A DNA stretch of 63,998 bases, the filler included, from Cercozoa sp. M6MM (Eukaryota > Protista > Endomyxa: Ascetosporea): assembly GCA_040357565.1 (NCBI GenBank). It is 11 parts of 11 records of this genome, joined end to end, with 100 filler letters (N's around TTAATTAATTAA, not from the genome) between each part and the next. Parts side by side here need not be neighbours in the genome. Positions count along the whole stretch, not along the records: positions 1 to 19,332 come from JBDODJ010000211.1; positions 19,433 to 22,463 come from JBDODJ010001639.1; positions 22,564 to 26,939 come from JBDODJ010001156.1; 8 more parts are not named here. One strand, written 5' to 3'. Under the pieces are notes generated by a model. The model was given only the letters and a program-made list of their open reading frames with translations, searched no databases and had not been told where the DNA came from. The position numbers and the translations under genes were made by a program. Shown here piece by piece: positions 12,181 to 24,032 of the stretch (positions are counted from its first letter, which is position 1; every line of letters starts with the position of its first letter).

Positions 12181-14063
12181 TTAAACTGGCTTCGAACGCC
12201 GCCGTCTCGATGGCCGTCGGAACACACTAATTACGGCTGTGATGTCATCGATGACTTCCTCCTCAGTTTGCCAACATTGCACGCTCTTGTGAACCAGTTT
12301 GCTTGCAGCTTCCTCCAGATTCTACAATGCAGACTTACAAACGAACTCATTGTATAGCGACACAGTCGTACAAAGAGATTGGCTGCAACGATATCCGCCA
12401 CCTCCTGCGAACTGAGAAACTCGAATACTCCGTCAGTCGCTAACACGAGAAAGTAGCCGTTCTGTACATTTAGCAGCAGAGGGTTGCAACAAACACGCGC
12501 TGTGAAGTGAAAGAAAGTAAGTTACAAGCTCATCGATGTTGAAATGACGCACGACCGGCGTCGCGATAACACCGACATTGGCAGCGACGTCGTCGCCGAT
12601 CGAGCGCGACATCGCGAGGCCAGGAACGTCAAGTTCTCGCATCCACTGAGATTCACTCTGCGATCTCACAACACGCACTAAACTAAAGAGTCTGTACCAC
12701 GCGCATCGGGCCGCAGTCTTGGTCTGGTGGACCGGGAAGTGGAGCAACGCGACCTCCGGAAGCGACGATGCGGTCGTACTGACAATGTGAGACAGTTGCA
12801 TTTCACCAAACCAAAACAGTGTTCAGTTAAGTCTCTCACCTCGCCAGGATCGCATGGTTTCTGGTCATTGCTCAGGTCGATAACGCGACACGACAACTCG
12901 TCGGTGACATGCGTTGCCAAGATCTGTTAAAACAGCACAGTCCAACGGACACATCCGGATGAGTTCAAGTTAAATACAATACAGCTCGACTGTCGCCGAC
13001 GTTGGCCACCCAGATGTCGCTGCCGTGCGACAAGGCGCAAACAATCGTACTGCCCGAGAAGGCCGTGTTTATGGGACCTCGTCTTATCATTTCGGCGCAC
13101 TAAAAGTAAGAGGAAAAAACTGAATTTCAGGTAGGAAGGCAATTGACAACAATACCTTTTCAATCGCTTGAGTGAGTGCTATTGTGGGGTCGATCCGAAC
13201 ATGTTTGTTCTGATGCACGAGTGCTGGCAGTGTGTCGTGGATGTACTTGGCCACGTGGTGGCCGAACTCGCCCTAACAGAAGGCACCCGGGAACAACACT
13301 GCCCAAAGGCAGAGAGAAAGCACTCGTTTTACGTGTCCATCCGAGACTGCCCAAAAATGAATCGGCCCGGTGTAGCACTGTCTGTAGGTCTTTGGCACTG
13401 CTTCGTTGGCTCGAACTGCAGAATATACAAGTATAGCCCCTCAGCAAACAAACAAAAGAGCAAGGAACCCAAAGGACACTTGACAATGTAGGTGTCTTGA
13501 TTGCGCTTGTTCTTGTTGTACGGAACCTGGAAGAAACAGTATCACAGAGGGAACATTGCATCCACTCAATGTACAGTGTGGATGCCAAAACTCACAAATC
13601 CTTTCCGAGTGACTGCACAGTTGCTTGCAAGGACAGACTCCTCGGTGGTCTCGGTGCAGCTTTCGTCATCGGCAATTCGCACGCCGTTCTCGTGCATCTT
13701 GACACTCGACTTTCGCCTTTCCGTGTCCTTCGTATCGAGTGGACCCACATGCAGCGGCGAAACGCTGAGTCGTCGTCGCTGGTGCGACAGCTGCTCGAGA
13801 GAAGGCAAGTCGTCATCTTCTTGCTCGCTCTCGCTCCTTTTGAAACTTGAATTCGCGGTTTGCACCGACCACGACTTGGTTGACGTGTCAAGCTTAGCTG
13901 AATTCGATGTGCGCACTCTGTCTGCCGTCTGATCAGTATTTGGAGGAACTGGGCCGTCTCCCGCTCCTGTGTGCTTTATTTCGTCCGTGTTCGCTCTCCT
14001 GGAATCCACAACTGCCGTCTCATTGTCACCAACTCGAAATAAACGCGAACGACACACTCCCAT
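12181..14063 (-). CDS. PP2C/PPM protein phosphatase with an N-terminal acylation motif
   Basis: Starts MGVCRS. Motifs include DGHVK.., WVANVGDSR, DLSNDQKP, PGLAMSRSIGD, FLVLATDGVFEFLSSQEVADIV and WQTEEEVIDDITAV. Confidence 0.9.
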
Positions 14064-14751
14064 ATCAATCTCGACGCTACGGCTGCGAGAATGACTGTGA
14101 GAGCGTTGTCTCGTTGCTTTTTGCCGATGATACGCTACGACAAAAAACAAAGCAAGAAGTTGTGAACTGATGTATTACTGCGAACTGCAAGTTTAACAAG
14201 CAAATCACCACGGAGTCGGTCTAAACCACGATATCCTTGCCGTTTCGAGGTAGACGACCCCATTGCGTTTCCAGCGATCTTAAAGAGAGGTCAAAGCCTC
14301 GAGAAACGTTAATTTCACAGTCCGAGCACCCCAAAATCAAAAGTGGCTACTGTAAACTTAGAATCCAAACATTCGACAACAGGCCGCACACGACTTGGGG
14401 AGTGATTTTTCGGACCTGATGCTGTAAGTTTACTGTATCGTATGTCTGCTTTTCGAGTTCGAATCATTGGGTCAATGCCGTGCGCTGCTGCCTGCATGCT
14501 GAACTCAAGTCAGACAGCGCAGCAGTGTTACAACGGGTCGGGTTTGCGTTGACTGAGCAAAGCTTCATCCCCATGTTCACTCGTCATGGCAACTTCGGTT
14601 CCATTAAGTAAAATTTAAATGTTTGAGAAGCTAGCGTATAAAGGTCGCGTAGACACCAGCGCAGGCGCTTAGCACTCCAAACCTAGACAGGGTCAAGTTT
14701 CAGTTGAAATTTTTGGTGTATCTAAAGATAAGGTGTGCTTGTACCCTGCAG

Positions 14752-17020
14752 CTAGGGAGGCGAAAAGTGGAGAAAATCGCGAACTCTGAGATCTTGAGTG
14801 TCGCCATGTCCTTTGCTTCCTGTTGAACACAGTGCATTTGGTAGCCAATCAAGGCGAAATATCATTCCTTCTGAGTGCAGTCTTACAAAAATATGACGCA
14901 TGGCAGTATAAATGCAACGAGAGAGCCCGCGAGACTTCCGCACAGAGACTGAACTGTGTTGAGTTGAATCTAAATTTCACAAACCTCAGCTATGCAACAT
15001 TGTTTCGTGACAGTTTGAATTGATACCTCCAGGGCAGCCACAAGTGTCGAGACGCATACGATCGCGAGTGTCGGAAGCAGCACGTGCTGCCACCAGCGCG
15101 TGCACAGAACTTTATTGCCCGTGACAGACTGCAAATACACGAAAAATCTGTGCAATAATTTTTATGTTCGTCCAAGTGAGTCCAAGATTTACCTCGGACG
15201 TGTCAAAGAGAAGCCGTCGACAAGCGACAGCCAACATGGCATAAGAAAGCTGTTTGAAACACCTTTTTAGTTCTCCGCACCGGTGCGGTACAACATGTGT
15301 CACTGTACACGAGCTTTACCACGAGTGTGACGGCGAAAAGCGATTGCATGACTTGTGTGAAAGGATCGCTCACAAAGTTGTCCTGTTTGACCCCGAAAAA
15401 ACACGCGTACACATGTAAACCGAACTGTACAAGTGGAATGGGTACAAAAACGAAGTCGCTCACGTCGAGACCGAACGAGAGCAAGCCAGAGAACCCCAAA
15501 ACCATATCCAAAGCTCCGACGGCAATGGCAACAGACAGGCACACGCGACGCATGTTGGCATAGCTGCGCTTGTGAGGCGGAATCGTACGCAGCAGGGGCA
15601 GCACAAAGTTGTGAAACACGACAGCATTTGACATGAGTCCAACGCCTAAATTAACATCGAAGCGCAGTCGTTCTAGAAGAGCACAGCGGCAAAGCACCGC
15701 AGCTGTACCTATAGCCACCTCCGCAGGTTTCGTTGGAAAGAGCGGCACAGCTCGGAAGCTTAAGTCGGTGAAGTGGCCGCACAGCGGCCGTATCACGATG
15801 AAAGCGCAGACCAGGTAGGTTAAGACCTACATGCAAAGTCAGACTGAGATGAAAGCAAAGTTTGGACAAAGCGGCGAACAGTATTGGTCGAAGAGAGCTT
15901 GGCGATTGAGCCGATATCTTTTCGAGCCGAGAAGAGCAGCAAAAGCACTCCAATCACAATCTACGGAAAGCACAAAAAAAACAGCATTCAGTATGAGTGA
16001 CAGACTAAACTCAACGATACCGAAACTGAGAAGGAAGAGAAACGTTGTCCCGTCCACGCAAGCAGCAAGGCTTGCCAACTTTTCGTCAAAAGCACGTGGT
16101 ACGACACCTGTGCATGGTATGTCCAGATATCTATTCTCCCTCCTGCTAAAGCACAGCGTTAGCTGATAGAGACTTTGACTAACCATCCCGCCGTAGCTAC
16201 AGCACAACAGTGGATAAGATAGACTCATCTAGACAGGAGGAAAACACAACGTACCTAAAAAGAAAGGCAGCGATCGGTGCGACAACAGCTCCGAAGGGAC
16301 CCAGTGTTCTCCTGCAGAATACTAAAAACTGAGGGGCAACTGAAAAAGCTCGGCCAACTGCAGAACTTTACCGGGCAATATCGGAATAACTCGGAAATGC
16401 TCGCGCTCCAGTGTTTGGTGTCGCTGCAAAACCAAAAAGTGAATCGTCGTGCGAGTGTTCACATTTTCGCTGCGTATACGTACACACAGCGTGCACCCGC
16501 GCTGCATCAACGAGGTAGGTCGACGTGACCGAAACAACTGCCGTCACAAACGACAAGCACACGATGCCCTGCGTTACATACGCATAACGACAATGAGAGC
16601 ACTACAATGACCATGCAGTACCAATATGAGACCGCATTTTGAGAAAGCATAAGGCAATGAGAGAACTCCGGCGCCTGTACACCGTAGTTTCGGTGTCAAG
16701 ATTTCTCAAATTTAGAAACAATGCTTCTTTAAACAGCAATCAAGCACCGAGAATGCCGTTCACTCCGTTGAGAACAACAACGATCAGCGACCCGGTAGGG
16801 GTGACCAACTCTGACGGCGGTTCACGCCACTAAAGTGAAAAATGACAGACAAGAAAGAGATGAGTAACGCTAAAGGAGTATGCAGCACCTGAATCGAGTT
16901 CCTTCTTGCCTTGTTGGAAGATACTTCAAGGTACACAGTCTGCCGCTGGTCATGACCATGCGTGTCGCAACTTTCTGCACCAGCGGTCACCGTGTCCCGA
17001 GTCCCCGAATCTGTTGGCAT
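14752..17020 (-). CDS. Amino-acid transporter (Aa_trans / SLC38-SLC36-like)
   Basis: Contains GAGVLSLPYAFSKCG and many hydrophobic exons, e.g. GVGLMSNAVVFHNFVLP and GFSGLLSFG. Confidence 0.75.
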
Positions 17021-17351
17021 CGGCCGTCGAGATACCTCGAAACGCGTCGCAGGGTCGTGCTCGCACCTCACGCGCACCAAAACTAAACCCAACGACTCGA
17101 CTTAGCCCTTGCGAAAGATACGCCTCGGGCTCGGACTTTTGAGCGCGACGACATTTAGTGTCCTTTTGGGTTTCAAGGCGAATAGACACACAAAGGACCA
17201 GCGTCAGGCGGCGGCAGCAGTGCTGGCAGCCCACAACACGAGAAATTCTGTGTTGTGCAGAAAAACGCGCCCCCGAAAACAAAAAAGTGTTTGCATTTGA
17301 AGGTGCTCAAAAGCTTGTGCAAAGGTGTGCTAATTCAGTTTTGTCGCCGAA

Positions 17352-17819
17352 ATGAGCGACAAACCGACACCAAAGTCGGAACTGGCAGACAGGGTGTCGC
17401 ACGATGTGTGTGATCTGGTGGTCGACCTGTATGACGCACCGTCGCGAGGCTTGCGACGCATCGTGGACAACACGCGGAAAGGTGTGCTGATGCGCTCCTG
17501 GTGACAAAAAAGAAAAGAACTGAGAGCTCAGAATGTGTCAGTGTGCAGTGATCAATCGGATAGACGAGCAGCAGTACGAGTGCAAGAAGCAAAGCAGGTA
17601 CCTGCAGTCCGACGTCGAGGATGCCAAGGAGGCAGTCGAACAGTTGGTGCGACATACTATCTGGAGAGGGGGGGGGGGGGGTTAGTTAGTGCTGTTCACC
17701 CTACTGGTGCGCAGGAGGCGTTTGGTGACGCTGACGTGATGCAGCCAGTTTTGGAGACTTGTCGCTCGCTGCGCTTTTTGCTCGGCCTGCGCAAGGGCTC
17801 CATGATCCAGCACCAGTAG
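17352..17819 (+). CDS. BORCS8 (MEF2BNB)-like BORC subunit
   Basis: About 110 aa. LYDAPSRGLRRIVDNTRK and VEDAKEAVEQL recall the BORCS8 motifs LANEPSVALYRLQEHVR and VEYACSAVKNL. Confidence 0.5.
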
Positions 17820-17913
17820 CTAGAGTTTCCAGTGTCACCTCGAGAAAATCCTATCCTATCGTATACTATATACTAAACTATTAAAGGTCAATCACGGCAC
17901 TATCGTATGAAAG

Positions 17914-19313
17914 TTAATCATAATCGTCGTGCATGATGGCATGTGTCTGAGGCTGCGTCGGCAGCGGCGACTGCTTGAGCGTCGGAGAGGAAGAGGAGGA
18001 GGCCGCAGGGAGACTGCGGCGATTCTCGCGCGACGTCAGCGGCAGTGGCGCGCCCACAGTGGCCACAGGCGCTCGCACGTCGGCTCCTGCCGGCAGTCGG
18101 AAGCTGTGCGGGTCGATGGCCACGGTCTTGGTGGTGTTGAAGGTCTTGTAGATGCCCACCAGTCGGTTGGCCAGTTCGAACATGTTCTCTCGCAGTGAGA
18201 TGATGATGAACTGCGCGTCCTGCGTCTTCTGCTTTATGTAGTTCGCCACGATGCTCACGTTCTTGAAGTCCAACGCCGCATCGATCTCGTCCATCACGTA
18301 CAGTCGCGTCGGCGAGTACTGGTGCAGCGCAAAGATCTGCGCACACGCACACACACTCACCAGTCCAAACAGACTAAGCACACGTTTCCAACGCAAAGCA
18401 CCACTTTCGAAATCAAAGCAAAGCTATTTCGAAATCAAAGCAGGAATTTCGAAATCGAAGCAGGAATTTCGAAATCAAAGCAGGAATTTCGAAATCAAAG
18501 CGAAATTCGTTTCAAACAAAGCGAAATTAGTTTACAAACACAGCGAAATCCGCGAAAGCAAAGCGAAATCCGCGAAAGCAAAGCGGAATTGGTGAAAGCA
18601 AAGCGAGAACTCGTTTTAAACAAAAGGAAATTGGCGAAAGCAAAAGCGAAACACTTCGAAAGTAAAGCGAAAATTGCGGAGAACTTCGAAAGCAAATCGA
18701 AACACTTCGAAAGCGAAAGAGTACCAGCGCGAGCGAGGAGAGCGTCTTCTCGCCGCCCGAAAGATTGCCGATGTTCTTCCAGGACTTCTTCGGCGGTCGC
18801 ACCGAGAACTGCACGCCCTCCTGCAGACACACACCACACACACATACGCATGTGTGTATGCATATATACATATATTATATGTATATGCTTATGTATACAT
18901 ACACACATACATACATATAGATAGATACATATAGATAGATACATATAGATAGATACAAATAGATACATACATACAGATACATACAAATAGATACACACAC
19001 ATAGATATACATAGAGATAGATACATACATATACATACATATAGATAATACATACCTACATACAGATACACATATATTAAAATACATACATGCACACACA
19101 CATACCTACAGATACATACACACATACATAGATACACACATACATACATATAGATACACAAATACATATAGATACACACACACACACACACAGGTACAGC
19201 TGGAAAGAGACACACCGAGAAAGGGTCGGTCGAGTCGACCAGTTCGAGTTCGGCGTCGCCGCCCAGAGTCAGCGTTTGATACATCTCCTTCAGCTTCATC
19301 GCGATCGCTGCCA
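17914..19313 (-). CDS. SMC4: Condensin SMC4, C-terminal exons (5' partial)
   Basis: Spliced exons give KLKEMYQTLTLGGDAELELVDSTDPFS|EGVQFSVRPPKKSWKNIGNLSGGEKTLSSLAL|IFALHQYSPTRLYVMDEIDAALDFKNVSIVANYIK. Confidence 0.95.
18400..18720. repeat. Degenerate ~20-bp minisatellite (GCAGGAATTTCGAAATCAAA) inside an SMC4 intron
   Basis: Visible tandem units with a TTTCGAAA palindromic core. Confidence 0.85.
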
Positions 19314-19332
19314 TCGAGGTAAGTAGGGGGGT

Positions 19333-19431
19333 NNNNNNNNNNNNNNNNNNNNNNNNNNNNNNNNNNNNNNNNNNNNTTAATTAATTAANNNNNNNNNNNN
19401 NNNNNNNNNNNNNNNNNNNNNNNNNNNNNNN
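19333..19431. other. Artificial contig linker (N..TTAATTAATTAA..N). The same linker occurs at about 22464, 26940, 31952, 44942, 47218, 54082, 55844, 59148 and 62379.
   Basis: An identical six-frame-stop spacer flanked by N runs. Confidence 0.97.
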
Positions 19432-19477
19432 NGGGGGGGGACAGTGGGTAACAGGGGGGATAACAGGAAGCAACACA

Positions 19478-21975
19478 CGATTTTCTCAAAGACACTCTTG
19501 GCATCGAACATATCGCCCGTGAGACCGTCGACCAGCACCGGAAACTGAGGGGGAGGGGGGTAAAAAGGGGGTGAACGGGGTAGGAGGTGGGGTACCTCCT
19601 TGGTGTAGTCCTCGAGACCGAGCTGCGGCATCATGGCGGACAGCACGTCCAGTTCGGCGCCTGTCTCGCCCTGTCGGAAAGGGGGAAAGGGGAGTAACAC
19701 AGAGTAAAGGGGGGGTAAGATGGGGGTAAAGGGGTCAAACCTTGATCTCGGTCTGCACGGCCCAGGCGACTTCTTTCGCTTGGTACTCGAACAGTCGCGT
19801 CGATGGCTTCAACGAGTTCGTCTGGTGGTTTTAATGAGAGGGTAAAGGGGCAAAGGGGCAAAGGGGGCAAAGGGGTAAAGGGGTAAAGGGGTAAAGCGGG
19901 TGAAGGGGTAAAGGGGTAAAGCGGGTGAAGGGGGTAAAGGGGGTAAAGGGGTCGGGGGGGGTAGGGTAAATGGCGGGGGGGGGGGGCCGGCCCACTGGCG
20001 GGGGGGGTAAAGAAGCCCCACCAGCGAGGCCGACACGAGGACATCGTTGACGTGTTTCAGCGCGACCGGCAGCACACTCGGCGCTTGCGTTAGCACCTCG
20101 ATCGGGTCCGACTGAGAGAAGGGGAACAGGGGGTAACAGGCGGGTAACGGGAGAGGGTCGTATGAGAGAATCAAAGCTTACATCAACGCGGTGGAAGGCT
20201 CTCGACAGGAGTCGCATCCACACGGAGCTGTCGCCTCTACACCCCAAACAGGAATACCTACGTTTCCTGGCTTTGTCTACCAGAGTGTTTGTTGGATATT
20301 ACAGTCGGACATTCAGCGTGTGGTTCACGAAGCTAAATACAGACGCACATATATGTTGGGTCACACGGGGGGGGGGGGGGGGGTAAAAAGGGTATAACGG
20401 GGGCAAAAGGGGTAAAATGGGAAAAAGGGAGGTAAAGAGGCAACAAGGAAAAGAGAGGGGTGGGGGGGGGTAAAACATAGGTACGCCTTCGCGTCGACGT
20501 AAACGGTGGTCAACGGGAAATTCGGCGGCGGCAGAAAGCGGCCCTGGCACAGCTCCTGCGGCGCTGACGAGTCATACGGGCGCTGTCCGCGCGGAAACGC
20601 CCAACTCGGCGTTTCCGGGTCTGGCTCTTCCCACACCATGCTAAGCAAGCGTACAGAGGTAACTGAGGGAGTGAACAGGGGTGAATGGGGGTTAACTGGA
20701 GGGGGTTAACTGGAGGGGGCAAACTGGAGTAAGGGGAGTACATGGGGGGTGAAGGGGTAACAACGACGCACCCGTCCTCCTCAACGCGTCGGGCGCCTAT
20801 CGCCTCATCGAATCTCAGGTTCTGACTACGCAGCAAGGAGTAAAAGGGGGGTAAAAGGGGATAAAATGGGTCAAAGGAAGGGCGTAAAAAAGCGGGAGTA
20901 GAATACGCCTTGATCCTTTTGGAGCGGCGAAGAATGGCCGCAGTCTCCTCGCCGACCATGAACTCCAGGATCACTTGCCGCGCATCCTGTCCAGGGTGGG
21001 GGTGCAGGGTGGGATAACAGGGGGTGGGGTTACATGGGGGTTCAAGAGGACAAAAAGGAGAGTGAATGCTGTGTACCTCGTTCACGTAGGTAGAGCTCAA
21101 GAGACGCGCCTGCTGCAGAATGTCCCAGACGATGGTACCGTAGCTTTTGGTCACATTGACGACGCGTCTGCTGGTGCCGGTCATGTCAAAGGCTGTCAGG
21201 GACCATCAGGGACCAGTAATATCACGAGGGAGGCGGCAAAGCGAGGCGCACTGTACCGGCGTAACGCACGTGCCGCAGCAGGATGAACATTCCGCCCGAC
21301 ACCGGATCCGCGTTGGCCAGACGGTGCTGCTGCAGGACCGGCAACAAGTCCTTCAGGATCACCTTTCTCTGCCGCAGATAACAGGGGTAGGGGATGACAG
21401 GGAGGGGATAACAGGGGTGTGTGTATGTGTGTGTACCCAGTCATAGTTTTTGAGTTGCATCTCGAGTGCAGGCTGCCAGAACTCAATGCTCCGCATCTGT
21501 CTCTCACTGTACATCGGGGTGCATGCAGAGGGGGGTTAAGGGTAGTAAAGGGCTAAAGCTCCCAAACTCGGCGGAGGTACCTCAAGCCGAGGGCAGACGT
21601 GTCCGGATGAACAATGAACGACGACGCGGCTACAGACACAAACATGTGCTCTGGCAAGAAAAAGAAAGCACACTGAGCCAGCAATGATGAAACAGAAAAC
21701 TACACTGCATCAAATCATCGACGGACTTCTCGTAGAAACGCGCCAAATCAGCGCTGGCTTCCTGCCGATCTTTCTGCATCGACACAAGCCTTCGAACCCA
21801 AACCAAACATGCACACTGTGTGTTTGCATCATACGTGCAGCTGCAGTTTGAGCTCTTCGAGACGCTGTCGTCGACTGGAAACAACACACACACAGTCGAA
21901 CAAACGGGAGACATCGATTACACAGACACTAACGTACGCAAGATCGCTCACGGGTTTGTCCCAGCGACGACCCAT
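19478..21975 (-). CDS. Unknown multi-exon protein (3' partial) with C-rich repeat-filled introns
   Basis: Probable start MGRRWDKP. Short GT-AG-bounded exons splice in frame, e.g. TTVYVDAKA|FVNHTLNVRL|GDSSVWMRLL. Confidence 0.55.
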
Positions 21976-22417
21976 CTTTTTTAATCGACCCACACAATAA
22001 TACAAGCAGTCGCGGCTTGACTGATATACGCACCAGTGCGTGAAAAGACCTAAATTAACTCAGGCACGCGTGCACCCACAAATCACAGCACGAGAGCACT
22101 ACCCCAGGGGTTTTGTGACCACTTGTCCCTGAGCATTCCCCGCGCATTCCTCTCATGTTCCTCGTTTTCCCCGACTGCTGACCGAAGCTGGCTGGCTCGC
22201 AGACTGGACAACGTGATGTAGCTGTTTTGTACTTTTTAATGGACGAGTACAGTATCGCTACTCCGGTACTTCGGTACTTACACAAGAAGTACAAGTAAAC
22301 TTGACTACTCCTCCGGGGTGGTCGATTTCCCGAAGGCGGTCACTGTCACCAGATACTTGAAGCCAGCGCTGTCGTCTCTGCTTGTTCCTCACCCTAACGA
22401 TACGGAAGAATTAAATC

Positions 22418-22463
<46 letters not shown>

Positions 22464-22563
22464 NNNNNNNNNNNNNNNNNNNNNNNNNNNNNNNNNNNNN
22501 NNNNNNNTTAATTAATTAANNNNNNNNNNNNNNNNNNNNNNNNNNNNNNNNNNNNNNNNNNNN

Positions 22564-22611
<48 letters not shown>

Positions 22612-22614
22612 CAG

Positions 22615-23805
22615 GTGGTCGTCGCTCGACGTCTGCGGCGTTTTCTTTTGCACAAGGATTCCCGCCGCAATCCTCTGAGTGCCATCCAAGCTCTGCTCGC
22701 GCGGCTCAATGAAACCTCGGAAGTGGTAAAAATTTCCACCTCAACTTTACACTGCGAGACTTTGTATTTTGTATGGTGTTTCATTGAAGTCAAAGAAGGT
22801 GTTCCACTTTGTCGGCTCGCTACAGTTACAATATCTCTCGACGAACGCCACCATAGGGACAGTACGTTGCGTCTTTCGTGTGTCTTTGTCCCTATGGTGT
22901 CTTTGTGTCCACTTAGTTGCTGCAAGAAAGCTTTGAAGCTGGGGTAAACTGCTGCTGTTGGTGTTTCATACAGATACATTTATCGTATTTTATAGATATA
23001 CACTTAGTTATTGTTTATAGTAGATACATGTATGATTCACTTGCACTGGGCAGTCCGCGCAGCTGCCAGAGCTGCTGCTGGTGGACGCCAACTGCACCGA
23101 GACGGTGCGACAACTCTGGAGTCGCAAGAACTTTCTGCGTCCCGACGCCGGCAGTCACGGCTCCTTCACCATTCGTACAGATTTGTTTTATATATATATA
23201 CATATGTGTGTGTGTGTGTGCGTGTGTGTGTGTGTGTGCGTGTGTGTGTGTGTGTGTTTGTGTTTGTGTGTGTTTGTGTTTGTGTGTGTATGTGTGTGTG
23301 ACTCTTTGCCTTATCCGCACGAGGTGTGGCATCGAGCAGGTACGCAGCGAGGGAGAGCGGCAGCATACAAGTTGGTAGGCATTGTGTCGGAGGTGTCGTA
23401 CCCGTCGCATCGCTTTGAACTGCATGTGATCGCGTCGGCCAAGATCTGCAGTAACACATCAATACTATAAGCACATTGTATCATATCTTGGGAGGTGCTT
23501 TTGTGTGCCTTGGTGCAGCATCGACATCTGTTAAAGGCCCAGTGGAAACCAAGGAGTTTCGCTGGGTGGAGCAGTGGGTATATCTGGACGGCACCGACGA
23601 GCGTGCTTGCACTCCTGGTGTGGCCGCGAACTTTGAGATGCCGTGGCGCACACCGCACCTCCTGGCCTTTCGTCGCGTTGGTACCTCCAGTGTCTCTCAT
23701 GATTATGCACTTACCTTAAGTACCTTAGGTAATTGCAAGCAGCGCGACGATTACCCTCCAGTGCAAAGCAAGCGCCGTCTCAGAACAAACAGAGGGAACT
23801 ACTAG
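22615..23805 (+). CDS. PAN2-like pseudo-UCH domain C-terminal fragment (5' partial)
   Basis: AYKLVGIVSEV..HVIASAKI..EQWVYLD..AANFEMPWRTPHLLAFRR resembles the end of the PAN2 UCH_1 domain. Confidence 0.45.
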
Positions 23806-23814
23806 TTAGTTAGT

Positions 23815-24030
23815 TCAGTCTTCTAAGCGAAGAACGTTGAAGCTTGGCGACACGAGGCCGTCAAACGTGAAGTACTGGTTAATGGCGGATCTGTTAACCG
23901 AGCCAAAACTGTTAGATACATCCTTGAAATACAGCGAATTACAGTGTTTGCTGTTTTTAGAGTGTTCAATCTTTGCTTGCTGAATGCGCTCCTCGTAGTA
24001 CAGCACCCACTCTTTGTCACTGTCGGTGTA
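23815..24030 (-). pseudogene. Degenerate reverse-transcriptase fragment (CRE/R2/NeSL-like motif)
   Basis: RIQQAK...SLYFKDVSNSFGSVNRSAI resembles the RT motif D(x)xNAFGSV. Confidence 0.4.
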
Positions 24031-24032
24031 AT

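Noticed and set aside
14440-14475. GTTCGAATC T-loop-like motif suggesting a tRNA
   Set aside because: No T-stem or cloverleaf pairing.
14600-14745. Sm-site-like AATTTTTGG at about 14708, suggesting an snRNA or SL RNA
   Set aside because: No U1, U2, U4 or U5 signature and no convincing hairpins. The 9-mer alone is insufficient.
19377-19388. Recurrent TTAATTAATTAA motif
   Set aside because: It is an assembly concatenation spacer with stops in all frames.
20260-20335. Alternative genetic code suggested by in-frame stops in conserved genes
   Set aside because: The stops I checked are removed by short GT-AG introns. Long exons (DLD, RT) are stop-free in the standard code.
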